A stretch of DNA of 64,000 nt. Origin: Candidatus Omnitrophota bacterium (lineage in GTDB: Bacteria > Omnitrophota > Gorgyraeia > JAFGHF01). The stretch covers positions 1,044,575 to 1,108,574 of the forward strand of contig CP070837.1 in the NCBI GenBank assembly GCA_020341815.1, in the 5' to 3' direction. Position numbers and translations under genes: made by a program. Positions 29,269 to 38,402 of this stretch are shown here, piece by piece; within the stretch, counting starts at the first letter, position 1; the number at the start of each line of letters is the position of its first letter. The notes below the pieces were generated by a model. That model made no database searches, was not told the DNA's origin, and worked only from the letters and a program-made list of their open reading frames with translations.

Positions 29269-29993
29269 TACTTTTCTCCTCGATTATTTTTTCCATTCAA
29301 GCCTAAAACTTTCCTTATTTTATTCAGGCTTTCTGTCTTTATTATGGCAATCAAGATATCTCCCTGTTCAACCTTATCTTTTAAGCGAGGGATAAAAAGC
29401 TCTTTGCTCCGGCTCTGCTCGGCATGAGTGGGGAAATTATGCGTTGGCCCGATTGCCTTCTTTTTTATAACGGCCGTTATTATCAGTTCTCCCGGTAAAT
29501 TCAATTCTTCAATTGCTTTACCTGCAATGTTGCTGCTTACCTCAATCTCTATTGCGTCAAGGCGGCTATCTTCAAGAAGAAGACTGCTGGATCTGCCCTC
29601 AAGAAGCTTATTTCTAATTACAGAGGCTAAAAGCGTAGTGCTGTTAACTACATCAATGCCCAATTCCTGATAAATATGCGTATACTGGATGTCATTAATC
29701 CTGGTGATAACCTTGGGGATATGGAAGATCTTTTTGGCTACCTGCCCGGACATAATATTGGCATTATCATTGTCGGTAACGGTGCAAAAAGCGTTGGCCT
29801 GCTCGACACCGGCTTCCTTAAGCAAATCCACATCGAAACCGTCACCCGTCAAAGTCACACCGTTAAAATCGGCTCCCAGGCGCTGAAAGGAATTTACATC
29901 CTTGTCCACAACGACCACATTATGCCCTGCGTCTGCAAGAAGCCGGGCAAGCTCGCTGCCGACCCTACCGCATCCGATAATAATGATATACAT
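29268..29993 (-). CDS. trkA: TrkA-family RCK subunit
   Basis: IIGCGRVG Rossmann motif plus TrkA-C domain. Confidence 0.9.
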   Translation of the reverse strand: MYIIIIGCGRVGSELARLLADAGHNVVVVDKDVNSFQRLGADFNGVTLTGDGFDVDLLKEAGVEQANAFCTVTDNDNANIMSGQVAKKIFHIPKVITRINDIQYTHIYQELGIDVVNSTTLLASVIRNKLLEGRSSSLLLEDSRLDAIEIEVSSNIAGKAIEELNLPGELIITAVIKKKAIGPTHNFPTHAEQSRSKELFIPRLKDKVEQGDILIAIIKTESLNKIRKVLGLNGKNNRGEK

Positions 29994-29995
29994 TT

Positions 29996-30349
29996 TTATC
30001 CCTTCATTACTGTTTCAACAACGTAATCAAAGGCCGCCTTATCGTTAACCGCCAGATCGGCCAAAACCTTCCTGTTCAGATTGACTTTTGCTTTTTTCAA
30101 TCCGGCGATAAATTTATTGTAAGAAAGGCCCTTTTCTTTCAAGCGGGCATTTATCCGGGCAATCCAGAGACTGCGCATATCTCTTTTCTTGACCTTTCTA
30201 TCCCGGTAGCTGTAAGCAAGACTGCGTCTTAACGTCTCCTTGGCTGTGCGCAAAAGCTTGCTGCGTCCGCCGCGGGCGCCCTTGACCTTTTTAAAAAGTC
30301 TTTTCTTTTTCCTTCTTCTCGCTGGTGCATATTTTACTCGAACCATCAC
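29996..30349 (-). CDS. rplT: 50S ribosomal protein L20
   Basis: YRDR..KKR.MRSLWIARINA, NRKVLADLA. Confidence 0.97.
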   Translation of the reverse strand: MMVRVKYAPARRRKKKRLFKKVKGARGGRSKLLRTAKETLRRSLAYSYRDRKVKKRDMRSLWIARINARLKEKGLSYNKFIAGLKKAKVNLNRKVLADLAVNDKAAFDYVVETVMKG

Positions 30350-30355
30350 TCCTCC

Positions 30356-30550
30356 TTAATATGACAATAACGCCTTGATTGCTTTTTTATCGGTTGTGGA
30401 AACTAAGCCTGCTTTCCTCAACTGCCTTTTTCTCTTCCTTGATTTTTTGGCCAATAAATGGCCGCGGCCTGCACGCTGCCTCTTGAGCTTGCCTTTTTTG
30501 GTAAGTCTGAATCTTTTGGCTAGACCTTTTTTGGTTTTAATTTTAGGCAT
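30356..30550 (-). CDS. rpmI: 50S ribosomal protein L35
   Basis: [14 protein letters not shown]; GAGGAG RBS. Confidence 0.95.
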   Translation of the reverse strand: MPKIKTKKGLAKRFRLTKKGKLKRQRAGRGHLLAKKSRKRKRQLRKAGLVSTTDKKAIKALLSY

Positions 30551-30569
30551 TGATACTCCTCTCTGATGT

Positions 30570-31076
30570 TTATTTGGGCGCAAAGACCGTATTGATAAAC
30601 CGGCCTTCGGTAATCGGACCACGCTCAACCTGGCCTACGCCGGCTATATCTTTAATAAACTTATCCACCAGGCGCCTGCCCATCTCCTGATGGGCCATTT
30701 CCCGGCCGCGGAATCTTAAAGTAACTTTAACTTTATCTCCCCGGCTCAGGAAACGCTCGGTATGCTTAAGTTTTACCTGGTAATCATGCTCCTCAATCTT
30801 TGGCCCTAATTTTATTTCCTTCACGCGTATCTTTTTCTGATGCTTTTTGGCCAGCTTTTCTTTTTTCTCCTGTTCATATTTATATTTGCTGTAATCCATA
30901 ATGCGGCAGACCGAAGGCTTGGCCTGAGGGGCAACTTCCACCAAATCCAATCCGTCTTCTTGCGCCTGCCTTAGGCCTTCTTCAACAGAAGTAACCCCCA
31001 ATTGTTCGCCGTTTTTACCGATAAGCCTAATTTTATCGGCCCTGATTCTGTTATTTGTTCTAGCATGCTTAAAAAT
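30570..31076 (-). CDS. infC: Translation initiation factor IF-3 (ATT start)
   Basis: In-frame ATT at 31076 after GGGGGTG SD; N..IRA..IRLIG..GEQLG, DLVEVAP. Confidence 0.93.
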   Translation of the reverse strand: MFKHARTNNRIRADKIRLIGKNGEQLGVTSVEEGLRQAQEDGLDLVEVAPQAKPSVCRIMDYSKYKYEQEKKEKLAKKHQKKIRVKEIKLGPKIEEHDYQVKLKHTERFLSRGDKVKVTLRFRGREMAHQEMGRRLVDKFIKDIAGVGQVERGPITEGRFINTVFAPK

Positions 31077-31139
31077 GTTCCTTCACCCCCTCATACAGTT
31101 CGTAGTTATGAGTTCGTTGTTCATTGACTCTGTTTTTGC

Positions 31140-32852
31140 TTAAATTTTTTGTTCGATTTCTTTTAAAACTCTTTTCACAAACTCATCAATATCCATTATG
31201 CCCTGTTCTCCTCCGGCACGGGTCCTTACCGCCAATTTTCTCTGGGCTGCCTCCCGCTCTCCGACAATCAACATATAAGGAATCTTCTCCATTTGGGCGG
31301 TACGGATGCGCTTCTGCATCAATTCCGAGCGACTATCTAACTGCACGCGAATCTGATGGTCTTTCAAAATCTGCTCTATTTCCCGGGCAAAGCCCTCTTG
31401 CTTATCGGTAATAGGAATAATCACAGCCTGAACAGGCGCCAGCCACAGGGGCATTGCCCCGGCGTAATTCTCAATGAGCGCGCCGATAAAGCGCTCAAGG
31501 CTGCCCAGGATTACCCGGTGCAGCATCACCGGCCGGTATTCCTTGCCGTCTTTTCCTATATAATTGAGGTCGAACCTTTCCGGAAGGGCAAAATCGCACT
31601 GAATAGTTGCGCACTGCCACAGGCGCCCCAGGGCGTCTTTCAATTTTATATCTATCTTCGGGCCGTAAAAGGCGCCCTCGCCTTCATTGATATCATATTT
31701 TATTCCCTTCGCCGATAATGCCTGTTTTAAGGCATCGGTTGCTTTCTGCCAGTCGTCTTCCGTGCCGATATATTTGTGCGGACGGGTGCTTAACTCAACG
31801 GAAAACTCAGAAAACCCAAAATCCTTTAATGCCTGCTGGACGAAATCTATTACTGCGCCTATCTCTTCATTTAATTGCTCAGGCAGGCAAAAGATATGGG
31901 CATCGTCCTGCGTAAAACCTCTGGCGCGCAAGAGCCCATGCAAGACGCCGGACTTTTCATGACGGTAAACAGTGCCCAATTCAAAATATCTTATCGGTAA
32001 ATCGCGCCAACTGCGCGTTGTCGACTTATAAATCAACATATGCCCCGGGCAATTCATCGGCTTGATGGCGTATTCCTGGCCCTCTATCTTGAAGATATAC
32101 ATACTCTTTTTATAATAGGCATAATGCCCGGAGCGAACCCAGATATCGCTCTTTAGAATATGGGGGCCGATAGCCAGCTGATAACCTCTTTTCAAATGCT
32201 CTTTTTTCTCATAATCCTCAATAATTGTGCGCAGCATTGCCCCTTTGGGATGATAAAGTATAAGCCCTGGGCCAATCCCTTCAGGAAAACTAAAGAAACC
32301 CAACCTTGGCCCTAAAATCCTGTGGTCGCGCTTTTTCCCCTCTTCTTTAAGATGTAAATAGGTATCCAGTTCCTTTTTGGTAAAGAAGCAGCTGCCATAG
32401 ATGCGTTGAAGCATGGGATTATTTTCATTGCCCCGCCAATAGGCCCCGGCCACAGAAAGCAATTTGAAAAATTTAATCTCGCCGCAGGAGGCAACGTGCG
32501 GCCCGCGGCAGAGGTCAACGAACTTTCCGCTGCGATAGACCGATACTTCTTTTTCGGTGATATCCTGAATGAGCTCTAACTTAAACGGCTCACGCAGCTT
32601 CTTAAAAAGCTTGCGTGCTTCAGCTTTAGTTAAGACCTCTTTTTTAAACTTATAATCCTTATTGATAATCTGCTGCATCTTTTTTTCGATTTTACTCAAA
32701 TCTTCCGGGGTAAAAGGTTTTTCCCGGGCAAAATCATAGTAAAAGCCGTCGGCGATTGCCGGGCCAATGCCCAATTTGGTCTGGGGATAAAGCTCCTTTA
32801 CCGCCGCCGCCAATACATGGCTACAACTATGTCTTAAGGTCTCTAAATCCAT
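31140..32852 (-). CDS. thrS: Threonine-tRNA ligase
   Basis: RHSCSH, DLCRGPH, KPMNCPGH, GAFYGPK. Confidence 0.97.
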   Translation of the reverse strand: MDLETLRHSCSHVLAAAVKELYPQTKLGIGPAIADGFYYDFAREKPFTPEDLSKIEKKMQQIINKDYKFKKEVLTKAEARKLFKKLREPFKLELIQDITEKEVSVYRSGKFVDLCRGPHVASCGEIKFFKLLSVAGAYWRGNENNPMLQRIYGSCFFTKKELDTYLHLKEEGKKRDHRILGPRLGFFSFPEGIGPGLILYHPKGAMLRTIIEDYEKKEHLKRGYQLAIGPHILKSDIWVRSGHYAYYKKSMYIFKIEGQEYAIKPMNCPGHMLIYKSTTRSWRDLPIRYFELGTVYRHEKSGVLHGLLRARGFTQDDAHIFCLPEQLNEEIGAVIDFVQQALKDFGFSEFSVELSTRPHKYIGTEDDWQKATDALKQALSAKGIKYDINEGEGAFYGPKIDIKLKDALGRLWQCATIQCDFALPERFDLNYIGKDGKEYRPVMLHRVILGSLERFIGALIENYAGAMPLWLAPVQAVIIPITDKQEGFAREIEQILKDHQIRVQLDSRSELMQKRIRTAQMEKIPYMLIVGEREAAQRKLAVRTRAGGEQGIMDIDEFVKRVLKEIEQKI

Positions 32853-32921
32853 TTTAGTTTAATGGTGGGCCGCCAACAATAATCTGGCGAGCCTCACCAG
32901 TAATTTTTCTTTGAAAATTAC

Positions 32922-32998
32922 TGGTGGGCGGTACAGGATTCGAACCTGTGACCTTTTGCATGTCAAGCAAACGCGCTAACCAACTGCGCCAACCGCCC
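32922..32998 (-). tRNA. tRNA-Val(GAC)
   Basis: tttgc-TTGACAT-gcaaa anticodon arm, CCA. Confidence 0.95.
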
Positions 32999-33006
32999 TA
33001 TTGTTC

Positions 33007-33094
33007 TGGTGCCGAGAGTGGGAGTCGAACCCACACGGAGCTAAGCTCCAATGGATTTTAAGTCCATATCGTCTACCAGTTCCGACATCTCGGC
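33007..33094 (-). tRNA. tRNA-Leu(TAA)
   Basis: atgga-CTTAAAA-tccat anticodon arm, long variable arm, CCA. Confidence 0.95.
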
Positions 33095-33096
33095 AA

Positions 33097-33771
33097 TCAA
33101 TTATTTTCACCAAAAACAGTTTTACTCTTCTGCCAACCTCTATAAGAAACGATGCATTCCTGAGCTAATTTCATTTTTCTTTTTAACCCAAGAGCATGTT
33201 TATAATAACATTTTTTCGCAATCTCTCTCGCTGCCATCTTACCATATTTTAATACCCATTTAGTTTTAGTAGTACGTTCTTTGTGAATTTTACCATGAAC
33301 TCTTAATAGTAATGTTATCGCACCATCTAACCATTTGACAAATTTTTCGGAACCAGAATAGATCCTTAAGCTCCATTGTTCTCTATTATTAGTTGGGTGT
33401 ATCCATCGACGTATAGAACCATCGCCATCGATTAAACCTCTTAAAAAATCAATAAAGTGTTGGTTGGGTACTTCTATTGCACCCAAAGTTAATGATTTAT
33501 TTTGCGTGAGCCCAATAGATAATAGAAAATCATAGAATCTAACATTCGAAAATTGAATTTGATAAGCTTGATTAATTTTATTTTTATTTTTAGTACCGAC
33601 CTTATTAATCAATCCAAGTGTATTTTTAAGTTCTTTAAGAAATATAAAATCCTTTGAAGTAATATTTATATGCCTTCCATCGCAACTTAAACTTCCATCG
33701 CTGGTAATTAACCCCACTAAATACCAAAGATTTGTTCCTTTGATTTTTAAATCTTTTCGTTTATGTGGCAT
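33097..33771 (-). CDS. Free-standing two-motif LAGLIDADG homing endonuclease
   Basis: YLVGLITSDGS and FLRGLIDGDGS motifs; AT-rich. Confidence 0.88.
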   Translation of the reverse strand: MPHKRKDLKIKGTNLWYLVGLITSDGSLSCDGRHINITSKDFIFLKELKNTLGLINKVGTKNKNKINQAYQIQFSNVRFYDFLLSIGLTQNKSLTLGAIEVPNQHFIDFLRGLIDGDGSIRRWIHPTNNREQWSLRIYSGSEKFVKWLDGAITLLLRVHGKIHKERTTKTKWVLKYGKMAAREIAKKCYYKHALGLKRKMKLAQECIVSYRGWQKSKTVFGENN

Positions 33772-33780
33772 TTATCAATC

Positions 33781-33855
33781 TGGAGGCGGCTGTCGGATTC
33801 GAACCGACGAATAAGGGTTTTGCAGACCCCCGCCTTCCCACTTGGCTAAGCCGCC
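33781..33855 (-). tRNA. tRNA-Cys(GCA)
   Basis: ggggt-CTGCAAA-accct anticodon arm, TCCA end. Confidence 0.95.
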
Positions 33856-34496
33856 CTTTCTATTCTCTCAAGCAAAACTCTGGAAAGATGCGTTTTGGTT
33901 TTTGCTTTTATTTCCTGCTTATATCCGTTGCTATCGGCAAGCAGAACATCGATGCCTTTTTTCCCGAAGGGAAGTTTATTTATTTTCATCTGCGTTGCCA
34001 CAATCAAATCCAGATTTTTCTCTTTTAATTTATCCTGCGCATTTTTCTGCAGGTTTTCTGTTTCCAGGGCAAAGCCGACCAGCATCTTCTTCCCTTTTTT
34101 ACCGCCGAGGCTCTTCAAGATATCGGGATTCTGCTTTAATTTCAGCTCTATTTCCTTTTTATTGCCTCTTTTGATTTTCTTCTTCGCTGTTTTCTTGACA
34201 TAGAAATCACAAACAGCCGCTGTCATTATCAGGCAATCGCACCAGCCAAATACTTTCTCAAGCTCTTTTTTCATCTGGCGCGCCGTAACTACATCTATCA
34301 AGCGCACGCCTTGCGGCCTCAATAATGAAGTCGGCCCGCTAATCAGAATGACCCGATGTCCTCTTTTTACGGCTTCTTTTGCGATTTCATAACCAAGAAA
34401 GCCCGTAGAATAATTAGAGATAAATCGCACCGGATCTATAGGCTCACGCGTCGGCCCGGCAGTTATCAGGATATTGAGCCTTTTTTTTAGCTTCAC
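33846..34496 (-). CDS. coaB: Phosphopantothenate-cysteine ligase
   Basis: TAGPTREPIDPVRFISN.STG, AAVCDF, VGFALET. Confidence 0.93.
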   Translation of the reverse strand: MKLKKRLNILITAGPTREPIDPVRFISNYSTGFLGYEIAKEAVKRGHRVILISGPTSLLRPQGVRLIDVVTARQMKKELEKVFGWCDCLIMTAAVCDFYVKKTAKKKIKRGNKKEIELKLKQNPDILKSLGGKKGKKMLVGFALETENLQKNAQDKLKEKNLDLIVATQMKINKLPFGKKGIDVLLADSNGYKQEIKAKTKTHLSRVLLERIERAA

Positions 34497-35035
34497 TTTA
34501 AGTTCTTTATCGCTTCTTTGACTATCTCAGCTACATCGGCAAGATGCCCCATTCCCCTGCCGCCGCAAACTAAATGCCCCACTTTAGGACCGACAAAACG
34601 ATAGCCCAGCTTCTTCAAGCGAGCGATATTCTCCGATGTTATTTTATGCTTGAACATCTTCTCGTTCATCGCACAAGCGATTACTACCGGCGCGCGCGTA
34701 GAAAGCGCAAGGCATGTTAATGCATCATCCGCAATGCCGCAGGCAAGCTTTGCCACTACATTCGCCGTGGCCGGGGCAATCAACACCAAGTCCGCCTTTT
34801 CCGCCAGAGAGATATGCGCCGGGCTCGCGTGCTCTGCGGGCGTAAATAAATCGCAGATTACCTTATTTGCACTTAAGGCCTGAAGCGCAAGAGGCGTAAT
34901 AAACTCCTGAGCCTCTTTTGTCATTACTACGGTGACATTGATATGGCGCTTCCTTAAGCCATTGATTATCTCGCAAGCCTTATAGGCGGCAATACTGCCG
35001 GTTACTCCTAATATCACTTCTTTCTGTCTGGGCAT
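34493..35035 (-). CDS. coaC: Phosphopantothenoylcysteine decarboxylase
   Basis: GVTGSIAAYK, APATAN, AMN..M. Confidence 0.93.
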   Translation of the reverse strand: MPRQKEVILGVTGSIAAYKACEIINGLRKRHINVTVVMTKEAQEFITPLALQALSANKVICDLFTPAEHASPAHISLAEKADLVLIAPATANVVAKLACGIADDALTCLALSTRAPVVIACAMNEKMFKHKITSENIARLKKLGYRFVGPKVGHLVCGGRGMGHLADVAEIVKEAIKNLK

Positions 35036-35037
35036 TT

Positions 35038-35235
35038 TTATTTCTTCGCCGTCTCAAGCTTAACCTTGCCTTCAGCAATTTCTTTTAAGGCAACGCTGGA
35101 AATCTTCTCGCTATCGGATTCCACCAATTTAGGGGCGCCGGCATTAAGCTGTGCGGCGCGCCTGGAAGCTAAGGCCACCAATTTATAGATACTATTTGTC
35201 TTGCTTAATAAATCCTGAACCGGAACATAGGACAT
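35038..35235 (-). CDS. rpoZ: RNA polymerase omega subunit
   Basis: YKLV..ASRRA.QL, ALKEI; follows gmk. Confidence 0.92.
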   Translation of the reverse strand: MSYVPVQDLLSKTNSIYKLVALASRRAAQLNAGAPKLVESDSEKISSVALKEIAEGKVKLETAKK

Positions 35236-35237
35236 TT

Positions 35238-35819
35238 TTATTTCTTCTTCCTTTCTTGCCGAATAATCTCTTTTAGTTGTTTAAGGGCTCTGGCGATTTC
35301 ATCATTCAAAACCGCGTAGTTGTATTTCCTTACAAAACGCATCTCGTGCCTGGCAAATTTCAGACGTCGGGCGATCTCTGCCTTGCTTTCCGTTGATCTT
35401 CGCCTGAGGCGTCCCTCCAATACCTTAAAAGAAGGCGGAAGGATAAAGATAAGCACAGCATCGCGCTTTTTGCGCTTAATCTTCATCGCCCCCTGCACAT
35501 CGATATTTAAAAGAACATCGTCTCCGCGCCCGGTGTGCTTCTCTATAAAATCACAGGGTGTGCCGTAGTAATTATTCAACACTCTGGCCCACTCCAGAAA
35601 CTCCTGCCTGTTTCTCCTCTTTATAAATTCTCTCGGAGAAACAAAAAAGTAATCCCTGCCTTCACGCTCTTTACCCCGGCGCCTGCGCGTAGTTACAGAA
35701 ATCGAACGCACCAGTTTTCTTTTGCCTCGCAGGCTGCGGATAAGCTCACGGCAAAGAGTAGTTTTACCTGAACCGGAAGGCGCAGATACTACAAAAAGCT
35801 TACCCCTTTTTTTGCCCAT
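35238..35819 (-). CDS. gmk: Guanylate kinase
   Basis: SAPSGSGKTT, TTR..R..E.EGRDY.F, YYGTP. Confidence 0.96.
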   Translation of the reverse strand: MGKKRGKLFVVSAPSGSGKTTLCRELIRSLRGKRKLVRSISVTTRRRRGKEREGRDYFFVSPREFIKRRNRQEFLEWARVLNNYYGTPCDFIEKHTGRGDDVLLNIDVQGAMKIKRKKRDAVLIFILPPSFKVLEGRLRRRSTESKAEIARRLKFARHEMRFVRKYNYAVLNDEIARALKQLKEIIRQERKKK

Positions 35820-35828
35820 GCTAATTAA

Positions 35829-36068
35829 TTAGCCCGCTTCTTCAATACGCTGGGTGAGGGTCTGCGGCTGAATAGCCGAAAGAAATACATGCCCGCTATC
35901 GGTAACCACTATTGCCCTTGTGCGACGGCCGTTGGTTACATCTATGAGCCTGTGATTTTTCCGTGCTTCCTCTCTCAGCCGCTTCATCGGAGCAGCCGTT
36001 GCATTGGCAACCGCCACTATGCGATGAGCCGCCACTCCATTATCAAACCCCAAACTAATTACTTTCAT
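35829..36068 (-). CDS. remA: RemA/DUF370 family protein
   Basis: LID.T.GRRTRA..VTDSGHV.LSAIQP. Confidence 0.88.
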   Translation of the reverse strand: MKVISLGFDNGVAAHRIVAVANATAAPMKRLREEARKNHRLIDVTNGRRTRAIVVTDSGHVFLSAIQPQTLTQRIEEAG

Positions 36069-36943
36069 TCTACGTTCTGCAATTGTTCGCGCATCTTTTC
36101 AATCTGGCTTTTAATCTTGATTACCCATCGCGAGATACGAAAATCGCTGGCCTTGGCACCGATAGTATTGGCCTCGCGAAATAACTCCTGGGCAATGAAG
36201 TCCAGTTCCTTGCCTGCCTCTTTTTGATTGCGCAGGGCCGTACGAAATGCCTTAAGGTGACTCTTAATACGTGTAACCTCTTCGCTGACATCGCTATTAC
36301 GCACAAATAAGGCCACCTCTTCTGCCACTCTGTCGTGATTGGGTTTTTTTATTCCGGAAAAGCTCCTTAATTTCCGGAAAAGCTCTTTTCTATATTTTTC
36401 GATTGCCTTAGGCAATTGGCTCTCAATATTTCCCAGATAATACCGAATTCGTCTGAGCCTTTTCAATAAATCACGTAATAGTCTTTTTCCTTCGGCCTGG
36501 CGCATCTGATCTAATTTATACAAGGCGCGCTCTATTGCCTTTTTAAGAAAAGGCCAAAGCTGGGCTGTTTTTTCTTTCTTCTGCTCATAAGTAATCACTT
36601 CCGGCAAAGAGATGATTTGACTTAACCCCAAATCATCTTTTAATTTCAATTCCCTTTTTAATTTCAAAAGCTCGTGATGATATCTCCTGGCTAAATGCAA
36701 ATCCAGCGAAAATAGGCTTTGCGCCTTTTCCTTGCTTTCCCATGTCACAAATAGATTGATTCTGCCTCTTCTGATTTTCTTTTTGACATAATCCCGCACT
36801 TTGTCATCAAAAATCGAAAGATGGTTAGGCAGGCGGCTGACAATATCGAAATATTTATGGTTTAAACTGCGCATCTCCACTGTAATTGTGCCCACCCGGC
36901 TCACCAGTCGCCCCTTGCCGTAACCGGTCATACTCTTTATCAT
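36065..36943 (-). CDS. yicC: YicC/YloC family endoribonuclease
   Basis: MIKSMTGYG, LDF..QE..REANTIG.K, REQ.QNVE. Confidence 0.95.
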   Translation of the reverse strand: MIKSMTGYGKGRLVSRVGTITVEMRSLNHKYFDIVSRLPNHLSIFDDKVRDYVKKKIRRGRINLFVTWESKEKAQSLFSLDLHLARRYHHELLKLKRELKLKDDLGLSQIISLPEVITYEQKKEKTAQLWPFLKKAIERALYKLDQMRQAEGKRLLRDLLKRLRRIRYYLGNIESQLPKAIEKYRKELFRKLRSFSGIKKPNHDRVAEEVALFVRNSDVSEEVTRIKSHLKAFRTALRNQKEAGKELDFIAQELFREANTIGAKASDFRISRWVIKIKSQIEKMREQLQNVE

Positions 36944-36960
36944 AAAGAATTCTCTCTTTC

Positions 36961-37464
36961 TTATGTCCAGACCTTTTGCTTGGTCTTATTTACCTCAATA
37001 GTCTTGGTTGGATACAAATCGACAATGATTTCCTCAGGCTTAAACCAGAGCTTGATCTCTCTTTCGGCCTCCCCTTTATCCCGTGAGGTATGGATTACGT
37101 TTTCGTAAACCCCCTTAGTGGTAATCCGCCCGTAGGCCCCGCGTATGGAAACCGGATCGGCCTCTTCGGGATTGGTCAGGCCTGCCAATTGGCGCACTTT
37201 ATTAATAGCGTCTTCCCCCCAATACACCATAGCCATTACCTTGCGCCTTTGATGCAATTCCCCGCGAATATATCTAATCAATTCTTCAAAAAACGGTTTG
37301 TCTTTCATGTGGCTATAGTGCTCCTGGGCTAACTCACGGGTCACCCGGGTTATCTTGGCCGCAACAATTTCCAGCTTGGTTTCCGAAAGCCGGGTCAAAA
37401 TGTTGCCCGTAAGCGACTTTTTCAGGCCATCCGGTTTAATCAATACTAATGTCTGCTCTACCAT
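36961..37464 (-). CDS. ndk: Nucleoside-diphosphate kinase
   Basis: TLVLIKPDG, SIRG.YG, NVIH.S. Confidence 0.95.
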   Translation of the reverse strand: MVEQTLVLIKPDGLKKSLTGNILTRLSETKLEIVAAKITRVTRELAQEHYSHMKDKPFFEELIRYIRGELHQRRKVMAMVYWGEDAINKVRQLAGLTNPEEADPVSIRGAYGRITTKGVYENVIHTSRDKGEAEREIKLWFKPEEIIVDLYPTKTIEVNKTKQKVWT

Positions 37465-37559
37465 TTTATCCTTCTTTCATAAAAATTTGACTTCGTATGC
37501 TTTCCCTAACTTATTGATTTTAAAATGTTAACACTGTAAAGAAATGTTTACTAAAGAAA

Positions 37560-38402
37560 TTATTTAACTCTTTTTAAAAGTTTTGTTAACCTTTCCATAT
37601 CATTTGACGAATAATATTCCAATATTATCTTACCTCTTTTGCGTCCGGCCACAATTTTAACCTTTGTTCCTAAGGTTCTCTGCAATTCTTCTTCCAAGGC
37701 AACTATATGAGGATTGCGGGTGAGCTGTTTTTTGTGTCCTGTGCCGCCTACCTTTTTCGTTACCAGATTCTCCAATTCACGCACAGACAGCTGCTGCGTA
37801 ACCGTACGCCTAAATACCCGATCTTGTTCGGGAAGGCTTTTGAGGCCTAAGATCGTGCGGGCATGCCCCATGGAAATCGTTCCCTTGCGTAAAGCAAGTT
37901 TTATCTCTTCTGGCAACTTCAATAAACGCAATGTGTTAGAGATGGAGCTGGGATTCTTGCCCACCAGTTGAGCAATCTTTTCCTGAGTAAAACCAAACTT
38001 TAAAATAAGCTGTTCATAGGCCTGGGCCTCTTCCAGAGGATTCAATTCCTCTCTCTGGATATTTTCAATAAGGGCTAATTGCAGGGCCTCGGCATCTTCC
38101 GCATCTCTAATTACAACGGGCAGTTGCGCAAAACCTAATTCTTTTGCCGCGCGCATTCTTCTTTCACCGGCAATCAATTCATAACCATCCCCCTTAGGGC
38201 GCACTACCACAGGCTGGATTACTCCTTTTTCCTTAATAGAAGCCATGAGCTCCTGCGCCTTTTGAGGATTTCTCTCCTGACGGGGCTGAAAAGGACTAAA
38301 ACTAATCTTATTGATATCTACAGTAACTACATTAGCGCCGGGTTTAACCGGTTTTTCTGGCATTAAGGCGCTCAAGCCCCTGCCTAATACTTTCTTCTGC
38401 AT
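37560..38402 (-). CDS. parB: Chromosome partitioning protein ParB
   Basis: LGRGL.AL, QPR, GERR.RA, ENIQRE.LNP. Confidence 0.96.
   Translation of the reverse strand: MQKKVLGRGLSALMPEKPVKPGANVVTVDINKISFSPFQPRQERNPQKAQELMASIKEKGVIQPVVVRPKGDGYELIAGERRMRAAKELGFAQLPVVIRDAEDAEALQLALIENIQREELNPLEEAQAYEQLILKFGFTQEKIAQLVGKNPSSISNTLRLLKLPEEIKLALRKGTISMGHARTILGLKSLPEQDRVFRRTVTQQLSVRELENLVTKKVGGTGHKKQLTRNPHIVALEEELQRTLGTKVKIVAGRKRGKIILEYYSSNDMERLTKLLKRVK

Noticed and set aside
30570-31076. Apparently truncated infC
   Set aside because: Explained by the well-known ATT start codon of infC.
32853-32921. T-box riboswitch upstream of thrS
   Set aside because: Only ~70 nt available; no stem I or specifier loop, no GGTGGNACCGCG consensus, no terminator.
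33765-34203. Plus-strand ORFs over tRNA-Cys and coaB, and similar short antisense ORFs throughout
   Set aside because: They overlap well-supported opposite-strand genes and show no recognisable motifs.
33846-35035. Split coaC/coaB as a frameshifted coaBC
   Set aside because: Both halves are complete with a start/stop overlap; separate genes are common.
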